A DNA stretch of 63,950 bases, filler included, from Reticulomyxa filosa (GCA_000512085.1; 16 parts of 16 records of this genome joined end to end with filler, not necessarily neighbours in it), one strand, 5' to 3'; shown: positions 38,421 through 50,684, counted from the first letter of the whole stretch. Notes: generated by a model not told the origin, from the sequence alone. Numbers and translations: made by a program.

Positions 38421-39564
38421 TTTTTTATTAATTTATTTTTTGCTTTTATTTTTTTTTTGTTTTTGACACTGACTTTTTTCCAACAATTATTTTTGCTTGA
38501 TTTAAAGTCAAAGTTGCGAATTCATTTGACTGCGGATTTTGTGTCTTGCCTTGATTCATGGCAGAATTTTCTCGCAAATTCAATATGTGCAACCTTGCAC
38601 GAAGGGGGTAGCTCTGTCTTTTTTTTATTTACAAAAAGTTTTGTTGCTGTCACCTAATGAAGGATGAGCTTACAAAAAATATATTATTTTATAGATTGTT
38701 ATCAGATAATTTCATCATTGACATAGTCGTTCTTTAAATAGTAATGTGATATTCACGTGATCAAAAACAAATATACAGAGAATTAAAAACTAAAATCCCA
38801 ACTTATAGACATGGTTCAGTTTCTCCATGAAAAACAACATTTAATAAAATTTTTTAAAGACATTTATAAATTATGTAATTGTTGAGTATCATTTTGATTT
38901 TTATTTCATTCGAAATTTTCAATAATATAAATATTTTGTTATGATAAATATATTTGTGTTTTTGACTCCCATAAAGAATTTCTTTAAAATTATTTTAAAA
39001 ATGAATAAAATTAAAACGTTAATTAACATTTAATTGCAACAAAATCTTGCGTTGCTAATTATTTTATTTTTGATTATTTACATTTTCACATGATTTCTCA
39101 TTGCATTCGTTTTGGTGATGCTTCTCTGGTATTTGATTTCGCAATTGTTAATGATTGTACAAGTTGTTATTTTTTTGTATTGATTAAATCAAATGTTTTT
39201 TATCGAAAGTATTTCATTGGATAGAACGAATGACGGTGCTCTTTGTAAATTGTGTGACAAGTATTTGACTAGAATACAAACTCAAGATCTCGAAAAATAT
39301 CGTATAAGGTTTGAGAAAATGTGTTAATGTTTGAAAATCCAATCTGAAAAAACACTCAAAACTGAGTGTTAAAAAAAAAGGCCACCCAAGCTTGGGTAGA
39401 GATTCCACATGGATATCACACACGAGACAAGAAACAAAGAAAAACAACATGAGAATAGCGTTGTTCGAATAAACAATACAAAGAATGAAGGGGTGATGCA
39501 TGTGATATTGGTTGAAGCGGATGAAAACAAATCATCATTATCAATCCAAGTTATATAACTCATT

Positions 39565-41241
39565 TTATTTTCCAGGAAATCTGTGTTTTCCTTTTCTTCT
39601 TCTCAGCTGATTAGTTTTTTCATTTGGATCCGTCGATAGAGGCTGTCCATCATAAGCTATTCCATTCTGTTGTTGCAGTTGTTGTTGCTGCAGCTTTTGT
39701 TTTTGAAGTTGTTTCTATATCATCACCAACGCAAAACAAAACGTGCGCAATTGACATTCGCAAAGACTAAAAAAATACAAACAAAAGCACTCAACTTTGG
39801 TTGGCTTTTTCTGCTTTCGAGTAAGAAATCCCTGTTTGAAGCCGCTCTAAAGGACATAAAAAAAAAAAATAGACAAATTTAAACAAAAACACGACAAATA
39901 CAACATTTGACAAAAGAACATATCAAACTCCAAATTCTTTTGAATTAGGTGCTTGTGAAGGCTGTCCATTTGGAAGTGTATCGGAATGAGGCGCAGTATT
40001 AATAATTGGGTCCATAGGCATGGACATGGGCATAGGCATTTGCCCAGGTGGTACTAGTCCTTGTTGCCTCATTTTTTGACTCCATTCCATTTTTTTTCGA
40101 TTCACATGTTCTCCAAATACTTCTTTGGCTCGCGCAAATATATCATTTCCGTATTTTCCCCATTGAAAACTTTTCTCTGCGTTTTCTTTCAATACATCAT
40201 TTATTTCTTCTCGAATTGTCATTTGTGCTGCATTGAAGTCGTCCCACACGTCACGTGGCAACATATCCATGCTCCAATTTTTTCGAATACCTTGTTCATC
40301 ACGTTGGATTGTAGTAACGCGATCAATGCATACAATCGCTGCGCAGAAACAAGAGAAATACAAAACAAAAATTTTATAACATTACAAATTTATGCGAAAA
40401 ATGTTTGTTGTTTGTAAACACGTCATCATTAAGTGTTTATCAAATTAAAAAAAAAAAGGGGTGCTTTTTTTAATTATTATTTAAAAAAAGTATGTTAAAA
40501 GATTACAAACCTCTTTTCAATAGAATTTCCTTCAAAGTGGTAATTGGAGCATTTTCTGCGACATTTTTTAGGTATTCCTCTTTTTCCACCAAATCTTTTT
40601 ATTTTGTTTTGTATGTTAAATGTTTATTTGCTGATTCATCCAATTTGTATTATTATTATTTTGTATTTGTATATTTTTAATTATGAATGCATATAATTTG
40701 AACTCGTATTATAAACAGGATAAGAGCGTGGATCTAAGTCGGATATTGGAGTAAAAGCTTCTGCATTGACAGGAATGCCATCATCCAATACCGAGTCTAC
40801 TTTTTCAAGTTCTCTTTGAGTTATTATATGATTGTATGCTTTTCGAATAGCTTGGATGACAAACAATATTGCTAAAACCACTAGTAATATTACACTTACT
40901 TCTGATCCTGTTGTTTCATTTTATTTCATCTTTTTTTTGTGTGTGATAATGAACGAGTCAAGGCGGAGGGGAAAAGCTAATTGAACTAAAAATAGTGCGT
41001 GTTCTTTGTTTGTAGCTAATTACTATGGCAAACCTGTGGTGACGATAGCTTCTTGAAATGTTGTGAGCTGCCCATTCATTGTGCCATTTTGTATTGTTTC
41101 GTTGGGCTTCAAAAATGTCCCATTTGCCATCATCTCTTGCTTCTGTTTTTCTTGTTCTGCTTCTTCGCGTGCGATTTCTTCACGAACCTCACGAAATATC
41201 TCCTCATCTGCTGCATCTGGCGGTTGGGTTTTTTGGGACAT
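39565..41241 (-). CDS. Sec66/Sec71-like ER post-translational translocon subunit, multi-exon
   Basis: Single TM segment (VILLVVLAILFVIQAI), then the spliced sequence TTLKEILLKRAIVCIDRVTTIQRDEQGIRKNWSMDMLPRDVWDDFNAAQMTIREEINDVLKENAE..WG..IFARAKE, resembling Sec66 (LLRRA..DI.R...GDDLW..F..AE..E..DV..EA....W...IF..A.E). Confidence 0.6.
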
Positions 41242-41928
41242 GGGAATATTGTGCTTTGCTTCTTGTACTTAGATTGGAAGTTCTATTTTTTTTGTCAAAG
41301 GTTTTTTCGTGTTCTCACAAACAATATTTTCCTCAAAATGTTAAGTAGAATCGTGAATTTTGTTTCGCGTATTATAAATACCTTAGTATATTCTAGCTAT
41401 AGTTCTTCCTTCCAGAAATTTTAAAAATAGAAGAAAAACTTTAAGAAAAAATATTTGGAAAAAGAAGGAGAAAGAATAATAAAGAAAAACAAATGAAAAA
41501 TATTATGTATTGTCATTGACAAGACTGCGGATTACTATTCAATTGTACAAATAATATGTTGGTATTAAAAAAGATTTATATTTGTCAGTGTGTATGATAC
41601 ATGAGTCATAACTGACTCCAGAGTTGTAATAACTCAACTCATAAAACATTCATTCTCTTTATTCTCAATTTTCTTGTACGTTTTAGTTAGCTGAGCTCTC
41701 TTTCTTGCATCTCTCTACAAGTGAATAAAAGGAGAAGAAAAAATACGTAGCGGATACGTTAATTACTGTAGTTACCAACAGGTAGGTTATTAAATGTTCA
41801 TGTGCATTAATGATAAAGAATAAGATATNNNNNNNNNNNNNNNNNNNNNNNNNNNNNNNNNNNNNNNNNNNNTTAATTAATTAANNNNNNNNNNNNNNNN
41901 NNNNNNNNNNNNNNNNNNNNNNNNNNNN

Positions 41929-44230
41929 TGCTGTTGCTGCTGTTGGAATGGGAGCTGGTGTTGTTCAAATTGGACTTTTGTCTTTGTCGGCCACTCTTTG
42001 GTGATGTCACGGTTGTGATGGGGATGAGGATAAGAAAGAGGAGGTTTTATCTTTGTTTCGTTGGCGCTAAAGTCACGATCTACTCCAACGCGACGTTTAT
42101 GTTCACCCTTTTCAATTTCGGTAATCCATTTGTTCCCTATGCCTGTCGAACTTGGCATTTGCAATGGGCCTTGGCTGTGATCTCTCGTCATCGTCGCTGT
42201 CGTCGTTGTCGTCGCGTCCCGTTGTTTGTCCTCTTCGTTGGGACGATACGTTTGCTTCAAGGATTGTTCCAGTTTATCGTTTGGAATCATTTTGGAGAAA
42301 AATAGATTGTCTCTGTCTTTTTCCTTTTCTCTCAGTCTTTGCTTCGATCTTTGTTTCTCATTGCTCTTATTGTCACCATGTCCTTGCGGGATCACCGTAG
42401 TTTGCCAGACCTTTTCTTTGGAATATGCTTCCGCCCCGGTCGCATTGTCCAATGCCAGTGTTTCGTCCGCGTTTTGCAACGAGTTGTACTTCTTGGCTTT
42501 GCTCTTGCCACCTTCGCTTTTCAGTTCTTGTCTGTTGTCTTGCAATGATTCCATCATCTTCATTTTTTCCAATGGTCTGTCTCGTCCATTTCTTTGATTT
42601 ACAGGACGGCCTCGGTCATGTCCCTGGCCACTCCCGCCTCCACCTCCTCCTCGCTTTTGCATCTGTCCTCGTCCTCGTCCCCGTCCTTGTCCTTGTCCTT
42701 GTCCTTGTCCTCGACCTCGACCTCCTTGGTAAGATGTATCTTTGTTTTTCCTTTGATATCTACTTTCGTCTCTTTTCTGACTATTCGCATTCGCTTCATT
42801 GTCTCGTTCTCCGTATGGCGTGGCATTATCAAATTGTCCCAAGTGACTGGCGTCACCAGCAGCAGCAGCAGCGGCGGTGGCAGCAACGGTGGCAGTCGTC
42901 TTGTGCTGTTTAATTTGGATAAAGCGATGGCGCTCAGCATCGCCGATCACCGGTTTCATGCGTTGGCGGGGGTCATATTGTCTTTGGTCCACTTCCAATT
43001 TTTTTATTCGGTCGTAGGTATCGCCTATTCCAATAACACATATAAGTAAATATGTGCATATGTATATATTCATTTATCTATTTATTTATGATATTTGATC
43101 CACTCTTTTTTTTTTTTTTTTTTTTTTTTATTTTGAAATAACTTTGTTTAGTCTGAACACCTGCTCCTCCTCCTCCTCCTCCTCCTCCTCGATGCTTTGG
43201 CCTTTGTGGTATGGTTGCATCGAGGTCAGCACCCAAATCGACATCTTGCTTTGGCTCGGACTCAGTGGCAAAATAGTGATTATGTTTCTGAACGTGGGCA
43301 TCACCGACGTTGGCGGTGTTGCTGTCATTGTCTTTGTCCTTCTGCTGCGTTGCACTGGACTTGTCTTGCTTGGGGACCCACATGGGTTTCCCATGGCTGA
43401 TCACATTCGCCGTGTGGTCCGCTTCGTTGGTCGCTTTGTGGGCTTCACGCACTCGATACAATGGCGGAGCGGGCCCTTGGCGGGGAGCATGTTCGCGATG
43501 TTGAGCACGACTACGAAAGCGAGAAGAAGAAGAAGGATGAGGATGAGAATGAGAAGGGGGGGCATGATCGCGATCGTGTTCGTGTTCGTGTTCGTGTTGC
43601 TGCTCATGATCTTGACCCTGTTCATAGTCGTAGTTATAGTCATAGTCGTAATCATAACCATTATAATCATAGTCATACTCATTATAATCGTAGTTATACT
43701 CATTATCATAATCGTAGTTACGCTGACGATTGCGATTGCGTCCGTTTTGTCCACGAGACCCAAATGAGTGATACTGATCACCACCACTTGCTCCTCTTTC
43801 TCGCTTTTCTTCTCGAGAGAGGGCTACATCGTAACTGTGATGACCATGGGCTTCGTCTTTGTCCGTTTTGCTATTTCGATTCTTTTTCTGCCGGCCGTCG
43901 GATTCATACTTGCGATTTTGCTCCACTTGCTCCTCTTCGTCATAGTTGTGCCACTCCTTTGACCTTTTCGAGTTATCCTCATTTCTGCTTCCACTTTCCG
44001 CGTTTTTTCCTCTTTTTTTTTTTTTTTTTTTTTTTAAAACAAAAAAAAAAAAAGTTCATTAAAAGGGACTCACACATACACAGTTCGAAAACACTCATCA
44101 AATGACAAACAACATACAACACACACAAAAAGGGGGTCGTACTGGAAATTTTTTTGAGGTTTGGGTTTGAACTTAGGCTTGGATTTGTCGTAAGTTCTCT
44201 TCAATCTTGTTTCGGCTTCTTGGTCGTTTT
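41929..44230 (-). CDS. Hypothetical low-complexity (RG/Q/YD/HE-rich) protein, partial, multi-exon
   Basis: Long minus-strand ORFs 41877-43073 and 43078-43926 separated by an A-run/TATA-type intron. Truncated at both linkers. Confidence 0.5.
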
Positions 44231-44268
44231 CTTTGGTCTGATCAAAAATATCCCATCAATACACACAT

Positions 44269-44308
<40 letters not shown>

Positions 44309-44418
44309 NNNNNNNNNNNNNNNNNNNNNNNNNNNNNNNNNNNNNNNNNNNNTTAATTAATTAANNNNNNNNNNNNNNNNNNNNNNNNNNNNNNNNNNNN
44401 NNNNNNNNGCTTTGGGCA

Positions 44419-44661
44419 TCACATAGCCGCAAAACCCGCATCCGTAAGCATGATCGTGCCGTTCGGCCCATTCTGAATGTAGCCGCGATTGCCAGCCTCA
44501 CTCAGGCCAGCATTTATATCCGCTGCCGACCACTCCGGATGGTTAGCCAACTGAGCCGTAAAATTATTCGGCAAAAGCACTTGGTTGGCGCGGACATTAT
44601 GATGCCGGAATACGTCAAGCACCATTCTAACGCAGTCGTCAGCAGTGGGGGCGGTGGCCAT
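44419..44661 (-). CDS. Small bacterial hypothetical protein (80 aa, possible winged-helix fold)
   Basis: GGAG Shine-Dalgarno upstream of ATG (ggagaaacaccaATG). The C-terminal 'GLSEAGNRGYIQ....IMLTDAGF' pattern is wHTH-like. Confidence 0.65.
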   Translation of the reverse strand: MATAPTADDCVRMVLDVFRHHNVRANQVLLPNNFTAQLANHPEWSAADINAGLSEAGNRGYIQNGPNGTIMLTDAGFAAM

Positions 44662-45190
44662 TGGTGTTTCTCCAATTCATCTCGCATCTGGAAATTGGTG
44701 CAGGTCTATTTGTTTGTCTAGTGTGGGTTGTTTTCTTCTACGACGAAAATTAACGCTTCATCCGATCCAAGACAGCCACTATAGCGCAAACCTAGCCTAG
44801 CCAGACGAGCGGCCCATCAAGCTCGCTGACCTCTTCCTCTATTGCGAATAATCCCATCCGGAAACTGACCGCCTAGCCGTAATCCTCGATCTTGTTAGGT
44901 CGGTGTTCTTGCTTCGGCTCAATGACGTCGCGTTGGTGTTGGTCCCTTGGTGTATGTCGTCAGGGATACAGAGAGGGCGCGCGGCTGACGAGCCGCAGGC
45001 TGTTCCCAGTCCGGTCCGCAGGACCAAGAATCTTCATGCATCGCCGTTCTGGTACCAGAATCGGAAGAATAGTCCGTGCTTCGTGGTGGTCTACTTTGAG
45101 ATAGTCCATGTGAACTGCCGATTGACGGCGTTCTGGGATCGAGCGGCCCCTACCGAGGTTGTTCCAATCTGAAAGGAAGAATATGAAAAA

Positions 45191-45265
45191 ATGACGAGTG
45201 TCATCTATCTAGTATTCGCGATCGGCTATCTGCTGCTGGCGCTCCAGCACGCTAACTTGCTCTAA
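45191..45265 (+). CDS. Small hydrophobic peptide MTSVIYLVFAIGYLLLALQHANLL (24 aa; 27 aa from 45183 if one A is missing)
   Basis: AAAGGAAG ribosome-binding site, ATG at 45183/45191, single TM-like helix, terminator 12 bp after the stop. Confidence 0.55.
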   Translation: MTSVIYLVFAIGYLLLALQHANLL

Positions 45266-45277
45266 GCGAAACAACCG

Positions 45278-45308
45278 AACCTCCGACCTTCACGGGCGGA
45301 GGTTTTTT
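45278..45308 (+). terminator. Rho-independent terminator
   Basis: AACCTCCG...CGGAGGTT hairpin followed by a T-run. Confidence 0.8.
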
Positions 45309-45703
45309 AATGCCTCACGCAGATAAAGGCCGGTCCCCCGCGTGGGCTCGATTATCTGCACGACTGCTTGCGTCAATAGCTTGCTACCGGTAGCGCGATT
45401 CGTATCGCATCTTCCTACTGATCTGCTTGTTTTGGAGCCAGCCGCAATTCAGGAACACGTATCCTGTGACACATGCCAACGCATGCACTCTATTGCCTTC
45501 CGATTTGCGGCTCGGCGATGCCCGGCGTCATCCTGAATGCTTGGTTGGCTCGACGATTTGGCCATGAGCAGAGACCTACTCGCATCCAGGCCCGTTCGGA
45601 AACAGCCGCGATGCCAGGGCGATCGGCAGGCGACTACCTCGCATGGGCAACGATGCAGGGGGCTTGGCGGGCTACGGAATGCGTCGGAGGCCTCCGAAAA
45701 AAA

Positions 45704-45733
45704 GAAATAAACGAAATAAACGAAATAAACGAA
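45704..45733. repeat. 9-bp tandem repeat (GAAATAAAC)x3
   Basis: gaaataaac gaaataaac gaaataaac gaa inside the GC-rich contig. Confidence 0.85.
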
Positions 45734-45910
45734 TCGGAGGACGCACCCCCTGAAACAGGATGTCCTGGCACTCGATATTGTGCACCTCCCGTTTCGTGCG
45801 TCAGGATATTNNNNNNNNNNNNNNNNNNNNNNNNNNNNNNNNNNNNNNNNNNNNTTAATTAATTAANNNNNNNNNNNNNNNNNNNNNNNNNNNNNNNNNN
45901 NNNNNNNNNN

Positions 45911-46930
45911 ATGACCGAGTACTTTCATCGTCTTTAGTAAATGTTTTCGTTTTTTTTTTTTTTTTTTTTTTTTCATATACGTCATTGATGTAATGTACAT
46001 ATATTATATATGTGTCCTGTTTTTTTTTTTTAAAAAAAAAAAAAAAAACAATGCACACACACATATGCTACTTAAAAAGGCAGTGTATCTGTTGAAACGT
46101 GATTATTATCATTTGGAAGTGGCCTACAGATTGCGAGGAGGAAATCCGCTGTTTGCTTGGTTCAAACTTTTAATGGCTATCATTGGGTAAAACACACCAT
46201 ATACGTATACAAAAAAAAAAAAAAAAATTGTGAGATATAACGATAAGAGTATGTATGCAATAATGACAAAAAAAGAACTTCGATGTCAGTGACGTGGATA
46301 ATCCATATAATATTGTTCATGCTGCCAAATCATCCAATAACGCCGTTTTTGAACAACTTGCTGCTGCGGTTGAGTATTCCCGGATTCCCATTGTTTGGTG
46401 TGGCTTGCTTCGCTTGCTACACCTTTTGGCTGTTTTTCGCGACGCTGAAAGGCAATTTCCGGTTTGGACTGAGGTTCCCGTTTTGTCGAGTTTATCCGAT
46501 GGACGTGAATGATACTTTGATGAACAGCTTTTTGGCTAACTCGTGGCTAATGCTACTTTGCTCCTTTGCTGTGGTGCAATTGAGTGCTACCGCATTCCCC
46601 ATCTATGCTAGAAATTCCTCCGTTAATTTGATTTTTGGGACTGAAATCCGATATCTGAGCTTCTTTCGCTATTTCTTTGGGACCAAAGCCTTTTTATATG
46701 CACTGTTGCTATTTTCTGTTGTTGGGGTAATTTCTCTTTCTCTTTATTTATTTATTTTTTTTTTATTATTATTCATTTTTTTTTTTTTTTTTTTTGTGAT
46801 TGCTCAGCTATTTTGGACGTGCATACGTCCACGCAATGAGGCCAAAGAAGTGGAACTAAAACTAAAAGATATTATGAAAGGAAAAACCAATATCAATCGA
46901 AGAGAACTTGAATTGGTTTCCAAAAAGTAG
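45911..46930 (+). CDS. LMBR1/LIMR-family membrane protein, 3' part, multi-exon
   Basis: AVYLLKRDY...GGNPLFAWFKL; SVTWIIHIILFML..PITPFLN; LKGNFRFGLRFPFCRVYPMDVNDTLMNSFLAN; VVQLSATAFPIYA; IFGTEIRYLSFF are LMBR1-like signatures. Confidence 0.85.
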
Positions 46931-47341
46931 TTTTTCTTTCTCCATTCCTCTACTCGGGTTGATCAGATTTTAATCGATTGACTGTTCCATTGGAAGCAGA
47001 GAGAGAACGCGCTATATTGCATATGACAACAACGCTGATTCATATGATTATTGAGATTGGTTATTATTGTCTTTTTTTGGGTTGTTTTTGTTGTTTGTAG
47101 TAGAACATTTTTGTAGTTTTAAGTCCGAGGAAAAAGTGTATCACTTTTTTTAAAAAAATTTATCTTATTTTATTTTAATGCTATTTTTACTCTGTTAAGA
47201 GCTCCTCTTTCATTGAAAAAAACAAAACAAATTGTTATTTANNNNNNNNNNNNNNNNNNNNNNNNNNNNNNNNNNNNNNNNNNNNTTAATTAATTAANNN
47301 NNNNNNNNNNNNNNNNNNNNNNNNNNNNNNNNNNNNNNNNN

Positions 47342-48752
47342 ATGAATCCATCTCATCCAATTGATTCAGTGTATTTTCCTCATTTAACATTTCAAGAGTG
47401 GTTTGCTGCTCATTATTTGGTCAATTGTTTATATCAATCAAACAAAACAAAAAAACACAAAAAAGTACGTTTCATTTTGATCAATGAACAACTCACTCCG
47501 AAATATTCAGTGATGATTCCATTTATGGCTGGAATATTATATAGTAACATTGAAAATGGAAAAGATCCATCAGGATCTGGTTTGTTGTATTTTTGGAAAT
47601 TGTTACATTTATCACCACCTCAACTCATTCCCATTTATCAAATGATGTTTTTCCTGCGCTGCTTGGATACCTGCAAAGCAGACACAGAAAGCCCCTTTCT
47701 TTCATCACAACTCCGAGATTGTCACAAAGTACTCATTCATTCATTCAAATTGTGGCTCGTTGCCTGGATCAATTTTGACAAAAACCAATTTTATGATTAC
47801 GAATTTTATATTTTCGAAAAAGTATATAATAAAAACTTTACGGATATGATGGAAATGTATTCGCTTACTTTACAGTATGTTCTTGTTCACCCAGATATCC
47901 ACTCATGTGTTATTGATCAACTTACGCAACTTAAACGCAAACAATTGCGATATTCACCACCAGATCTATTTCCATGCTTATATATCTTCAGAAAAACATC
48001 AAATATTGCTGTACAATATTTTGAACTACTTCTTCGACGGGATGAACATTATTACTGCGACAATATATTAAAGAAATCAACAAAAGATCAATTGGATGAT
48101 GCTATCAAAATTTTAATAAACGCTTTGTCTGAAAAAGACATTCATGAGAGTGCCGCGCGACTACTTTTTTACAACGAATCAAAATTAAATGAAAAACAAG
48201 CGAAATATATTTTTCCGATTTTGAGATTCAATTGTGGAAAACATGAAGACTTATGTAGAAAGTTACTTGCATCAATAGCAGTAAAATTGGGTGGAGAATA
48301 CTTGGAGGATGTATTCAATATTTGTTTGAATATTCGGACTACATTTAATTTTGGTTATGAATTCAAAATACTCTTAATAAAAATGCATGAGGGAGAACGA
48401 AGTGAAGATGTTTTTCAACATTTGATCAATGGATTAGATGATCCAATTACAGATTTCCGTGGATTATGTGCAAGAGTACTTGCTGAAATATCCATGAAAT
48501 TGAAAGAAGAACACTTGAATATTGCTCTCAGATGTTTAAGCAGAAGGTTACATTACACAAACGGGAACTATCGAAATATTGTATCATCGTTTAGAAACCT
48601 CTCAATGAAATTGAACGAAGAAAAATTACAATATTCTTTCCAATGTTTGATAGATGGATTGAAAGATAAAAACAGATCTACGCGCGAAGAATGTGCAAAA
48701 ATGCTAGTAGAACTTTCAATGAAATGGAATCAAGTACAATTGGATTATGCTT
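47342..48752 (+). CDS. NACHT-associated winged-helix/HD2 region followed by HEAT/ARM-like repeats (NLR-like), internal fragment
   Basis: YFPHLTFQEWFAAHYL is the NACHT WHD 'FxHxxFQE(Y/F)FAA' motif; MIPFMAGIL is HD2-like. Followed by repeats such as FQCLIDGLKDKNRSTREECAKMLVELSMKW. Open across the whole contig. Confidence 0.85.
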
Positions 48753-48879
48753 NNNNNNNNNNNNNNNNNNNNNNNNNNNNNNNNNNNNNNNNNNNNTTAA
48801 TTAATTAANNNNNNNNNNNNNNNNNNNNNNNNNNNNNNNNNNNNNNNNNNNNTTTTTTTTTTACTGTGATATTTATACA

Positions 48880-50684
48880 GATCCAAATATTGTTGAAAAC
48901 AATGTTAGATACGAAATTGAAACGACATGATTTGTATGAAATTCAAAGAATTGAAGAGTTTTACGACAAAGCTAAAGAGCGAATGGACTATGCCAACTTA
49001 ATACATCAGCTTCGAGTCGCAGGTACTAATGCCTCGTTGCTCACACCGCTTCTTGTCAATTATCCTCAAAAGTTCAACAAAGACTTGGTTGATGAAACGG
49101 AACGTACGGATGCTTACGTTGAGTTTTTTTTGACAATACAGTGTCTTTTTTTTGTGCTGTCTTTGATGTTATATTTTTAAACAAAACAAAAAACAGAATG
49201 AAAGCTTCATTCTACGTATGTTGCGGTCACCAAGCCTAAAACCAGACTCATTGCGACATATCCTGCAATACCTTCCATCACAACAATTAGCTGGTCTATT
49301 GCTCGTTCGAGATAGAGTTAAGCCTCTTTTGTTTACTTGTTTATCCTTATTTGTCTCCTCTCTTCAAATCCATAGAGCCGAGTATTGTGAATGCACCGCC
49401 ATTGAGAGTAAACATTTTGATTGACAAAAAAAAAAAAAAAAAAAAAAAAAAGGAAAATTGGACGCCTTTACATGTGGTGTGTCGTTACCAAACCAGAGAC
49501 AACATTCGAGTGTTTTGCGAATTCTTGCCGCCACCACAACGAACATACTGGAGCCACTTGACCGACGAAGAAGGGTTCAGGAAGACCCCATTGATGATTG
49601 GCTGTGAAAATGCCAACAAAGGCAGTTTCGAAGCAATTTTGGAGAGCTTACCAAAAGACAGGAAGTTGTGGACTGTACTTCATCTGTTACGTTTCTTTTT
49701 TTTTTAATTAAAAAAGAGAGGGAGAGAGGGGGGGGGGGGGAAAAAATGTATGTTTTTAAGCAACGTATATCCCTTCATATCAAGTACGTACATTATAAAT
49801 TATTTTTGTTTTGTTTTTGGACTTGTTTAGTACGGCAACAATGCGTTTGCAGATGCGTTGTTTTCCAAGAAGATATTTCACCTTTGTTCAAGCATATGCC
49901 TAGCGCGTTGTTGGAAGATGCTGAATTTTGGAAAGAAACTCGAGAAGGAGAGGTAAGTTACAGTTGAGAGTGCGAATGCTTACAACTTGTGTCTCTTTCG
50001 AACCATCAAATAATTTTTTTTTTTTTTTTTGTGAGTGCTTCCCTTCCTTGTGATGACCACATCGCAAACATTACATAACATTGAAGGATTGCAGTAATGT
50101 GTTACACTTGGTATTAGCAAATGATGAACAACCTGTTGCTGTTCGTGCAGAAAAATTGAGAACAATATTGCGCCACATGCCAGAAGATTTAGCTGCCTTC
50201 TTTGTGGAACAACAAAACAAAGTTTGTTGATACTTATCTTTTTTGATTACAATTTTTTATAAACGCTTGTGACATGAATTAATTTATCTCTTTTTTTTAA
50301 TTATTTTTATTTAATGCCTTTGAATAGGAAGCAGTGAGTCCGGCAACAATGTGCAAGATGATGGATTCGCTCCGAAAAAATATCGACGCAACTCAAATTG
50401 AAATGATGTTGGGTGCAATTATTCAAAAAAAACGTGATACCGAAGCAGCACGTCGAAGATTGGAAGAAGCCAAGAAAGTTGAGGAAGAGAAACGTCTCAA
50501 AGCTCGAAGAGAACAAGAAGAACAAGAATTGCGCGAGTCAAAACGTGTTGAATATATGAGAGAAATTCTCGAAGTTATGGCTTTGGGATTTGAAGACATG
50601 GACGAAATTTTGACCAAGTTAATCAAGCACAATGGGAATGTGGATGCCACTGCCGCAGAGTTATTTCAGATTCACTTTGGATAG
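48880..50684 (+). CDS. Ankyrin-repeat protein with coiled coil and C-terminal UBA domain, multi-exon, 5' partial
   Basis: RDR|ENWTPLHVVCRY (intron 49317-49452) and RKTPLMIGCENA ankyrin motifs. C-terminal EVMALGFEDMDEILTKLIKHNGNVDATAAELF* is a UBA domain. Confidence 0.75.

Larger units (their letters stand above)
44409..45810. other. GC-rich bacterial-style contig (contaminant, symbiont or prey DNA; possibly a mobile-element fragment)
   Basis: Markedly higher GC than all other contigs, no poly-A/T introns, Shine-Dalgarno sites and a rho-independent terminator. Confidence 0.8.
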
